Source: the human T2T-CHM13v2.0 reference genome, Homo sapiens | DNA length: 64,000 nt | Direction: 5' to 3' (one strand) | Assembly: GCF_009914755.1 (NCBI RefSeq) | Contig: NC_060928.1 | Part shown: piece by piece, positions 52,746 through 64,000 of the stretch | Layout: every line of letters begins with the position of its first letter | Position numbering within the stretch: the stretch's first letter is position 1 | Program-made: the position numbers and the translations under genes | Notes under the pieces: model-generated | Database searches by the model: none | The model's input: only the letters and a program-made list of their open reading frames with translations | Told to the model about the DNA's origin: nothing

Positions 52746-55700
52746 AGTTTTCTTCTTCATTTCATCACTATTTCAGTCTCACCCATAGGGCAAGGTGAAC
52801 TTTAGTGCATAAGGTGAAAAGCATACACAATTCAAATGACAATTTTAAAAGGCCACAAGGCCACTCTGGACTTCAACACATTCTTGCAATGGGTTCAAAC
52901 CAGCCAGTGCCCCCAGCCCAGTGTTGGAAAAGACTGCCATTTCTTCAGTTGTGAATCAGAGGAAGTGGCTGGTTTGAGTTTAGGAGACATGATGACAGTG
53001 AAAATGCTAGACTCGCAGGCAGTAAGCAAGATACTCTTAGTAGAAGAGGCCCTAGGGAACAAAACCAATGATGGGAACGGCAGATTCGCAAGCCCCATCT
53101 CGCCCTCAACCCAGAGCTCACACACGCTGGGTGGACGGCAGGCACTGCTGAAACAGGCATTTCTTTTCTGCCAAGCACACATAGATAACCTCCTACCATT
53201 AGGTTTCTGTGGGATGCACCTACAGCGTGCAGCCTGTCCCTGCCCTGTCCCCTATGCGCTCTCCTCCGTATCTTTTCTCCTGCTCCCAAAGCTCTCCTTT
53301 TTCTCGATGCTACTGGTACTTTCCTGCATGGAACAGTCTTTGACTCACCACACACTTTTTCTGGGATCACTGCTTATACTAGAATTCCATGAGCAGCCTA
53401 TATCCTTTGCTCTCTTAGAAGTACGAGTGGTGGATGGTCAGCACGCAGGCAGAGGGCGGGGACAGCGCCTCCAGGCACATGGTAACTCCCAGCTGGTTCT
53501 CTGACTTTGGAGTCACCGGGTGATGTGCAATTCCTCACTTGTGTGCTTTGAAGGTTGCATGGAAAGAACCCCCAAATGCTTTCCAGCTCAGAAATTCCAA
53601 GATAATTTTTGGGTGTTCAATCAATTTGAAAGCTCCTACCACCAACCCCGTCAGTTTCTTTCTATTTTTATGCTTTCCAAAGCTTCCAAAATCATTCTAA
53701 GGCTCCAGGTACATTTGGGATTCTAGTTACTGAGGTTATCAGACTTAGGGCATTTCAGCTGCAGAACTTTGGAAAGTCTGCTCATAAGAAATCAGAAATG
53801 TCATTCACATGTCAATAAGATGGAGGTAAAATAGACAAGAAAAGAATTACCTTGACAATTCATAACAGACAACGAATGTGGATACATTATAAATGTTTTT
53901 GAGTGAATATGCAACAAAAATGATCACCGCAAACACTATTATAGTACTTACTATATGCCAAGAAGAATTGTAAGGGCTTTTTACAGATTATTGCATTTAA
54001 TCCTCATTATAAACTTAGGAGGCAGGTACCCCTAGGATTCCTCTTTTACAGAGAAGAGAGGCCAAGTTAACTGGCTTGAGGACTCATTAGGAAGTGTCGG
54101 AGCTGTATTTGAAATTAGGTCTACTCCATAGCCTGTATTCTTAACTTTTCCTTGCTCTTAAAATTCTTCAGAACCTTGACAAGAGGGGCGAGAGGAAAAA
54201 ACATTTTACTCATATTTGAGTTCCTCAAAATATCAACTCTATCTTTAAAATTATTTACATATCTTCAAAAACAAATAGTGCAAAATTCATATTTGAGTTT
54301 CACTTTCTAAGAGGGGACTATATTTTAAATTTCTCCAGTGGCCTTACACAGAGTCACGAACATCTAAAGTATAGTTCTTGACCTTTTTAGGGGCACAGAT
54401 GCCTTTGAGATACTGACAAAAGCTATGAATCTGATCTCTTCTATAAAAGAAATAAACATATACACAAAAACAAAAAACTTTCTGCCTGTCATTTTGAGCT
54501 TCAGAGGCTTTTGGTTCATGGAGCTCAGGTTAAGTGCCTCTGATTGTAAACACTGTTCAACACACACACACACACGAGACACACGAGGGTACACTCTTTC
54601 TGTAAACATCATCTGCATAAGGAAGAACTTTGAACTTTCTAGCTCAGCACCCGCAGACATCTGCTGGCCATCAGTGGGGGTTTGTCTGCATGGTCACACT
54701 AAGCAGGGATCTGGGGCCTGCAGGTGGTGGGGAGACTGAGTGCACCATGAGAACCACCTACACTGAATCATCCAAATCATCATCATAATAAACTTCCAAA
54801 TCATCATCATAATAAATCATATTGAACATTTAGTGTTTCCTATGTGTCGGACACCATGTTAAACCCATTGTATAGACTATCTCATTGAATCCTCACAACA
54901 AATGAGAAAACAGATGAGTACACTTGCCCAAAGGCACACACCTGGCAAGTTGAAAAGCCAGGGTCCATACTCTGGAATAGACTCTAAGCCTGTGCTCTTA
55001 AATTCTTCACTCTATGCCTCCAAACTTGGGCTCTCCGAGGATAAAACTCAGTGAAGAACGAAACCAAAGAGGTGTTACCTGCAGCCTTCTGTCGCCTCCC
55101 CCCTGCCAAACCCATGAAAACAAACCCATCAATTTTATTTAGCAGTTTCTTCAAAAGCATTTGCTAAATGTCAGAAAATATTAAGCAAAAAAATGTATTT
55201 ATACCCCAACATAATACATCCCACATCCCAGGAATACGCTCACTCTTTTTGTGTTGAAGAATTTTAAAACTTTAAAAAATTCTAAGTCCAAAAAGAACTA
55301 TGTCTTCTTCACTTTGGATTCCCAAAGCCTGGCATAGTTCCTAGCTCAACAAATGTCTAGGAACATTCAACAAACGAAGAGGTGATACATTTTATCAAGA
55401 ATTTGACATTCTAAAATAAATATCAAGGAATGGCTGTACCTAAAATTTGTGGTCATGATGTGTTAAAAGTTGTTTTTTTTTTAAATGTGGAATTGTTTCA
55501 TCTAATTTTTGCAAATATTTTAGTACACTCAAAAGGCATATAGTCTCTATGACAAGCAGGTAACAATTTATGACCTACAGTTTATAATCAGCAGCAACTC
55601 CTCCTCTCGTGAGGTGAACAGATTAGCAGCATAGTATAAAGTTTGTGGCAACAAACAGGTTCTATCCAAAGCCGTCTCTTACTACCGAGGTTGAACATAA

Positions 55701-56019
55701 GCACTCAAAAACACAAAATTCCCAAAGACTAAATACTACCCTACTGACATTTAAAAAAAAAAGTTTTGTTTGAATTATAATATCAGCTTATAAGAATGTG
55801 GAGATGTCAAGCACCAGTACATACACCTATAGAAGTGCGAAAACTACAAAGAAAACCGACATATCTCACAACTACTCCCAATCTCATTCTCCTGGGGTCC
55901 TAGCGCTACTTAAAAATATGTGCTAGGACGATTAAAAATCACTTATTTGCAAGACAAGGGCAAGAGTTACATCAATGTAGACGAAATCTCCTACACAGTC
56001 CATCAAGTATGGGTCCCAT

Positions 56020-56034
56020 CCACTAGGTGGTGCT
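56020..56034 (+). promoter_or_regulatory. Candidate CTCF site CCACTAGGTGGTGCT
   Basis: Close fit to the CTCF core; same orientation as the 48197 site. Motif only. Confidence 0.45.
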
Positions 56035-56835
56035 CTCCACCACACTGTTCCTCAGTGAGCAGTACAGTACATCAAAATGACAACAGCCTAGTTTTAAGAT
56101 GATTTGTCTCTTGAGGATATACATTTGGTTTAAGTTTCTACTGCAAAGTTAAAGTTCTTAAGATAGGTCATGCAGACCAATTGCTCCTGTAATCTGAAAC
56201 TCAAAAGAGCAAGTAATATCTAAACAAGGGGAGGGGGTGGCCCTGAGCTTATAAGGGTCTCTAAGAGCCAGGAGACAGTCAGCCTGGCTACCTCTAATCT
56301 CACCATCAAAACTGTTACCTTGTTCATTTTCTGCTTCACATCAGCAAAGAGAATAGCAAAAGCAACTTCAAGCGGCCCATAGCAAGAACATACATTCAAC
56401 ATCCATTCTGCTTGACAGATGTCAATAATTTAATCTCAACTGCTTTGTTATCATTCAAACCCCAAAAGTAGAAATGTTTTTGCTTTACTCAAACTGATTT
56501 TTTTTCTCTTTTAGCAAAAACAAAAGCAAAGGAATGAATGTTCATTTTATCTCAAAGTTCTGAGAAAGAGGGTTTGGTAACAAGATATATGTCCTTGCCT
56601 CCAAAGTCATCTTTCAACTAAGTGAATGGGAATAAAATGCAGAGTATGCTGGCCTTGACCAATAATACAAATGTCCAAATTCCAAGCAAAGTCCAGGGTC
56701 TTGCTTCATCATTCCCTGTCCTCAAAAATATACAGATCCCTTTTTTCCTTTTTCCTATAATGAGGAAAGTCATTATGATCGTCTTTGGAGTGAACAAGGC
56801 AAGAAACTCAAAGCACTTCAATACACATGCAAAAT

Positions 56836-56837
<2 letters not shown>

Positions 56838-56870
<33 letters not shown>

Positions 56871-56989
56871 GTAGAGACGAGGTCTTGCCATGTTGCCCAG
56901 GCTGGTCTCAGACTCCTGGGCTCAAGCAATCTGCCTGCCTCAGCCTCCCAAAGTGCTGGGATTATAGGCATGAGCCACCACACCCGGCC
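56838..56989 (-). mobile_element. Alu left monomer (FLAM_C-like) with a long poly-T
   Basis: Poly-T followed by ggtagagacgaggtcttgccatg...cacacccggcc. Confidence 0.82.
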
Positions 56990-59900
56990 AGAAAATATTA
57001 TTTCAAGAGATAAGTTACAGAACTTTCTAACATCTTCTTTGTTTGGAAATAAATGAAAAGGTAAAACTTAGTGGTTTCTAGAATTTAAAGAAACTAGCAA
57101 ATTGCCAACAGCTTAGTTTTACAAAATGAGGGCTCAACTGCTAAAAATGGATTGCTCCTTAAGTGTACAAAGTAACACAAAATAATCACTCCGTAACATA
57201 ACATTTGCCGGAAAAAAATGTGTGAAAACTACTAGAAAAATAATAGTTAGGTCCTGAGCAGTATATTAAAGATCTTGATTTTGAGACTCAAATTATATCT
57301 TTTCATTCTACATGAGTTCTTACTTTCTTTGGACAAAAAATTTAAGGTCCTGTATCTGAATTCAGCTCAGTGTGAAAGCTTTAAATGTAAAACTAGTATA
57401 TGCAATTTAAATCCCCTTTAACAGTTTTTCAGACAACTAATTAGCTAAAGCATTTGAAACACCATACGTACAAAAAATTTTCATTCATATTGCAATGAAT
57501 TTCACTCAAAATCACATATCGAATTGTAATAAATTTACAATAAAAATGTAACACTAACTGCCCCCCACAAATACATATACACTTTTAAGAGATACACAGT
57601 CATGTACCTAAGAAAGGAAAGTAAAACTTGACAATGTTCAAGAAATCTTTCGAAAGCTCTACAGCATTAGTCAGCATTATCTGATCAAATATTAGCATGA
57701 CCACTATTTTCAAAAGGGCCCATATGTAACAATAGCCAAAGGGGCATCTTCCTAAACTTACAGTATTACTCTAATAGAACAGACAAATTTCCTTAAGAAT
57801 TGGAGTTGTACTGAACACAAAATGCCGATTTGCAATTATGAGGTCAATCTCATAACAATGAGATTTAAAACAAATTTCAGATTACGGTTTTAAATTTCTA
57901 TTCATTCTCTATACAGTGGTATATTTCAATAATTACATAAACTGAAACGTTTTCCCTCCTATTTTTTCTCCAAAAGGTTCTCTACAGATGCTTACTTCGT
58001 AAAATGCAGCTTAAAATTTATTGGAAACTAAGAATTTTTTTACATGGAATCTATAAATACATGCATAATTTCTGTGCCCATAATTGGAAAAGGGCACAGA
58101 GGCTCCTATAACAATCACTAAGGAAGCTCTTAAAAACAAAAAACTTCATCCATGTTCAGGCTGAAGAATTCACATTTAACCTTTATTTTAAATTACAGCC
58201 AAAGTCTTTGTTTCAAATCCACATAAATCACTGTTCTTCTCTCTGCAAATACATTTTAGAGAAAACATTATTTAATGTTACATCTGACTTTAATAGAGTT
58301 TCCCATTTGCTTTTGCATGTTTATTATCAAACTCTAATCATGACATTTCCAAACTTATTTATACTTTCACACAAACTTCCGAAGTTTTCCCAACTTAAAT
58401 AAAAACCCACAAAAACTGTGGGAAATGTTTTGCTTGAAAGATAAAAGCAACGTGGTCCAAATGTACATTTGTAATAATCAGTGTTTACTTTTGTTGTTCA
58501 AACATTCGGCTTATAGCACTTTCAATATACGCATTCAACTTAATTTTCTTGTCTCTTAAAAAAAAAAAAGAAGGAAAGTGTTTTCTTTCCCTGTTTTGCT
58601 CTCAAAATATAAACTCATTTAATGCAAAGCATTCCCGGATCAGGCATGTTTTAAACTACGAGCACGTCTAGCCTCAACAGCATTCATCCATATTATATAC
58701 AAAATGCCATTTCTTTCAAAACTTCAGTCTGGACATTTTATAAATCTAATTTCACTTTTCCTAAAAACATGAGGATATTTTACTATATAAGGCTCAATTA
58801 AAGTTTTAGTAAATAAAAATAACAAAAGAAATGATACCATAATACTAACGTAGGAAAAAGGATATATATTAATTTCATTTACTGAAAACGTTGAGGGTTT
58901 TTTCCTTGAAGTGTCTCTACTATAGATTTTACACTACATTTATTAAAATATGACAAACCTTTAACCTGGGAACAATTTACCAGTTAACATCATCTACCGA
59001 AAGAGGAAGTATACTTTGGGTAAGTAAGACACTGGAAACGATTTATGCTGCCTTTTTTCAAAGCTGCTTAGAAAATGGCTATGTACTTTTAAAAAATAAT
59101 CATTAAAAACAGTCTAACGGTTGTCTTGTGATATCGTTGATCACAAGCCTAGTGATGCCACCTAATTCTAAAGACTGAAATGTGCCTCTCAAAGGGATCT
59201 AGCGCAGCCACAGTGTAATATACGTTAAAGGTAATGAAACTAAAAAGTAAGATTTCCTAATAGAATGAACATATTTTAAAGTTTTTATGATTGACAAAAG
59301 ACTTCTTTTTTTAGCCATTAAAAAACTAAAAGTATCCTGACAAGAGATTCTGGTTTTGAAGTATGTCACACTCCGGTTACCCAGCCATGAATCTCAGTTC
59401 ATTTTTTAAAATGAGGCCTATTTCCTGTAATTTTAGATATTTTAGAGTACAATTATTTTACATTTTTATGATGCCTTTGGGGTATCATTACAAATATTTT
59501 TATGTGTTTAAACTTAGGAAAGAAAAATTAAGTAATAGCTTCTCTTATAGGGAGCTGTCAACTCTCTCCTGGACAAAAATCTTTGTTTTAAAGCAATCTA
59601 GAGATTTATATCCCTAGTAACCATAGAAATTAATCTTAAGCTTTAGAAAAAAATTGCATAAAATGCTCTTTATTTAATTAAAATCAGAGCTCATTCTTAG
59701 AAATAAGAACCTTCTTTCGAACAGAAAGAATTTTCCACAGAGTATAGGTGGTACTCTTTGTGATAAATGAATCACGCACATTTAATTGACTTTTGAATTG
59801 TGTGCATAGAAAGTTAAGTACTTTGTTGGAAAGGATTCGCTCAGGGACTATATTCACTGAAAACTTTTCATAAGAAAAGAAAGTGAAACACAGGATTCAA

Positions 59901-62791
59901 ACAGTGTTTGTAGATTATCTGAGTGTGAGCAAGAAAAAAAGCATAAAGAAAAGCATTTAACAATAACAATTAGGAGAATCACTCATGGGGAGGTCACTTT
60001 GTTTTTATTAGGAAACTGAAAATATTTTTCAGCGTGCCTTAGTATGACGATGCATCAACACATCATAAATCAAATTTCATTTTGTGATGACTATCACTTT
60101 CTATTTCACATGCATTAAAAAAGAGACATGTTCTGAATTCTGCTTATCACCATATGACTAAGAAGTTTATTTCAGATTTAGAAACCAGTCGAGGATGTCT
60201 GGGGCAGTCAACAATGCTCTGCTTAGCCACTCTCTTCCCTAGTAGTCTGAAAAAAATGTGTGCATTTAAGAGATGGTAATAACAAACTCCTCAAATATTT
60301 TTAAAATGTCAAAGTTTTTAAGGCTTATAAAATTCAGATTCTGGGCAAATCTGTGTACTTCCAAATTTAACTTACATGAGATTTAAAATTCATGGCTTCA
60401 GATTTTTCTCTGCATAATAAATAATTTTAAAAGTTATTCACATTCTGATTCCATTATATTTTTAAAAACCCACTTATTTGGAAAAAAAGATATTGCTGAT
60501 CATGTCATACAATATTAAATATCCATAAAGTGCTCAGAAAGTGTACTGTAAACACCAAGTAAAGTCAAACTGCAAATATTTCTGCTTTCAGACAATCAAA
60601 GTCTTTGGAGAGGCCTGAAATAGGTGTTTCTCTACACACATTTAGGCACCACTAAAAATGCTAAACATTATCATTTTCTCTAAGCAACCCCAATTTTTGG
60701 AAAAGGCACAGGCATTCCCAACCCCCCCGCCCCCTCCACTGCCCATGGTTAATTTCATAGTCCTACAAAGAGAAAATTTACTAGGCACTTCAGGGAATCA
60801 AGACATCGTGGTACACGTAATGAGTTGCAGAAAGAGACAGAAAGTGATTAGGAATTGTAAATAGTAAGAATAGGTAGTTTCCACTGTATTTAATTGACAC
60901 CACAGCATATTCACCTGGTAGTTCTAAAAATGATTCCTCTATGATTAAAAAAAATTGTTTTTGTTTAGGTGGGAGAAATATTGATTCAAATGACGCATCT
61001 TATTATCTTCATTGTAGGCTGCACACTTCCACAGCAATTGGTCCTCCAAGTAAACAGTACCTATCATGAATTTTCACTTTTAATTCAAATTATAATAATC
61101 AATGATACTAGAAGTCTAAATCTATACTAAAGCATCAATAGAAAATATTGTTAATAATGGTTTTAAAATAAGCGCAAAGCATAATGCTGTTTTGAAGTTT
61201 TTACAGTATGCTTAGAAAAACAAAATGTAGGTGTTCTACTAGAAATGTAGCTGGAATATCTTCATTCCCCTCTGTTTTTAACCTTATACATGCAAGAAAT
61301 TATGAAGATACAACAGCCTCATTTTCATGGGAAAACAGAACTGGAAAGAGGTTCGTGGGCTTTCAATCACATGTGGTTTGAATGTCTTTAACTCTTTTCC
61401 CTCTCATGCAAGAAAAGTCAACAAGGTAAATATATGTTATTTTTCAGTACCTCCATAAGCCCATATCCCATGGTGGTATCCTTTAGGATTTTATCTCAAA
61501 GTCTTACACTGGGGTCAGGTAAGCTAGGCCTACAAAATTGTTTTGAGGGTTACATAACATATACATGAGCACACTGAAGTGATAGAGAAGACAAATGCTA
61601 CGAAGTAAAAACTGATAATGATCACAGCACCAAGAAAGTATTTATTAACTATTTGTACACTACATATTGTACAGTACATATATTTGGGCTCACAGTGTAC
61701 CCTTGGTCAAGTTCCTTCTCCAGGCTTCAATCCTTGCTAATAAAATGAAGAGACTGCATTCCCTGATCCCTAAGGTCTAGTCCAGCTCCCCAAATTCCCT
61801 GGCTTCTTGCATTTGACTGAAGACTGAACAGCATACTTTCAAGTGATTTTTCATATCCAAGTCTCGGTGCTGTGCTTCACTTACAAGGCAATGGATTTAG
61901 CATTCATTTCTGATGACTACATTACAGAGCATATTCCATATTTCATTGAATCTTCACAAAAGTCCTCTAATATTATCACTTCTCCCATTTTATAGGTAAG
62001 AACAGTGTGGCTCAGATATGTTAGAGTTGCTATTTAATCCTAGATCTCTCTTATTAACTATCCTTGTTCTTCCCCTGATGCAAAAATAACAATATATTGA
62101 ATCACATGCTAAGAATTAACAATCAAGCTCCAGGTTACCTGTAAAATGCTTTGCGCAGGTTACATACAGGTGGGAAGCATCTCCCTGTCTCCATGGTGCC
62201 TGTCTTACAGAGCTAAACCAAAAAGCTGTGTGTCCTTAATTGCAAAAGGTCATTAGGAGCCCCACATGTGCCAAGAAATCAAGGAAAGAAGAGATTACAA
62301 AGGTCTAGAAAACAGAGAGAGAGTGACTTTTAACCTGAAAGCAGGAGAAGAGGGAAGATCTGATTGGTCTCATGTAGGGCCCTGTAAAAATTATTTATCC
62401 CTTCCCCACCCTGCTCCATAAGGCCCCTGGATGATTCTAATGTACAATCAGGGTTGAGAACCACTGATGTAGGAGCCAGAGGAAAGAGGTTGAGCATGGA
62501 CTTTGGAATCAGACTGCCTGGATCTAATACAGGCTGACATTCATGAATTATACAGCATTCCAAACTTACTTAACCTGTCTTTGCCTCAGTTTCCTCACTT
62601 GTAAAATAGGAAAGATATAGTACATGCCTCAGAGTGTGTGTGAGGATGAAATGCAAAGGGCCTAGAAAAGTGCCTGGCATATATAAGTTCTAGGCTAATA
62701 TTGGAAGACCTCAAATGTCTAGTGAAGGATTTCTGTAAGCCAACAATGTTAAAATGTTCTCTTACAAATGATGGGGACGCAAGATGGCAGC

Positions 62792-63094
62792 TTTTCTTCT
62801 TTCTTTCCTGTCTTTCTTCTCTCTCTCTTTCTCTCTTTCTTTCTGAGACAAGGTCTTCCTCCATCACCCATGCTGCTGTGCTGTGACATGATCATACCTC
62901 AATGCAGCCTCAAACTTCTAGGCTCAAGCAACCCATCTGCCTCAGCCTCCCAAGTAACTGGGACTACAGGCACGCGTGTCTGGCTAATTTTTTTTCTTTT
63001 CTTTTTTTTTTTTTTTTTTTTGAGAGACGAGGTCTTGCTATGTTGCCCATGCTGGTCTCAAACTCCTGGCCTCTAGAGATCCTCCTGCCTTGGC
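62792..63094 (-). mobile_element. AluJ, 5'-truncated, with CT-rich tail
   Basis: J-type antisense dimer; preceded by a MER5-like fragment (~62415-62466) and a MIR (~62485-62690). Confidence 0.8.
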
Positions 63095-64000
63095 TTGCTT
63101 TCTTTTATATTTAAATTGTACAATTAAACGCAAAAACAAAGATAATCTTGTATTAAGTCCACCTCCAGCACCTCCCCCAGACCAAATTTTTAAACAGGAA
63201 AATGATCTAATAAAATTCATTTTTAGGCAAATGAATTTTGTTGAGTAAACTCAAACAAGTTTTTAATCCTAGTGCAAAGAAATGGAACAAGTTAAAATGC
63301 AAAATAGAATAGCAGAGCAGTGGTACTATCTGTCCATATTCACATTACAGGCTCTAAAAATTATTCATGTTTGAAATACTGGGAAGGTGAATAAGAGCAT
63401 CTATGATTATCGGATAACGCAATTTTTTAATCCTATAGTTGAACTATATTTCCTCAAGTAATGTACCTTCATTAAGACACGTTAAACTTTCCATATACAC
63501 TTTCAAAAATGAGATTTCTCTTTTTATAAATTCTTTACATTTCCAAGAGAAAGGTAAAGCAAACAATCTAAGATCCTCCATTTAAAAATGAAGAAACTGA
63601 GTGTCAGAGGGACTTGCCAAAGCTGCCAATAAGCGAGATGAACACTGATTTCTTAAATAGCAACGCCAGTGGTAAGGTAACAGAGAGGCCTAGGCAGCAG
63701 GATGAACTGGCACCCAAAAATCGCTGAGGCTCTCACAACTTGATAATCCCCCATCTCCAAACACAGTCCAGTGAGATCCTGTGTCTTGGTTATGAGAACA
63801 ACCTCACAGCTGATCACTGTCTCCTGCTGAACCACTGCAGCCAACCCGCCATCAAGTCCTCCAGCTTCTACATCTTTAAGGGCTCCTAAATTCACCCCCT
63901 TTCGCTCACCCCATCAGCCTCGCTCTTGGATTCCTCACTTGTGGCCCTGTCTTTGCAGTCTCTACCCTTTCTAATGCAACATCCACTCTCCCACACCACC

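Overview
Human (primate) genomic DNA, about half transposon-derived. It contains six consecutive internal coding exons (exons 2-7) of STX18 (syntaxin 18, an ER Qa-SNARE) on the minus strand. Each exon has canonical AG/GT boundaries, and they splice into one open frame (ISHIGKLRD...LSPEEIQM, 534 nt). Exon 1 lies beyond the right edge and exons 8 onward beyond the left edge. The rest is intron filled with Alu, SVA, L1, L2, MIR, LTR, Tigger and hAT relics. Apart from exon overlaps and Tigger1/L1 remnants, the ORF-track entries look spurious. I found no new protein-coding system. The most unusual structures are: (i) a tandem-plus-inverted triplication at 36.9-37.2 kb able to form two mutually exclusive long hairpins; (ii) a ~100-bp templated copy of an L1/Alu junction placed 2.5 kb away; (iii) an L1PA with a 5' inversion whose inverted part is also out of order; (iv) a minimal SVA and a very young AluY with intact target-site duplications (TSDs); (v) a Tigger1 whose catalytic core is replaced by an Alu arm; (vi) CTCF motifs, candidate cryptic exons and a repeat-poor, homeobox-motif-rich block in intron 1. 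Repeat subfamily names come from recalled consensus sequences and need RepeatMasker/Dfam confirmation.
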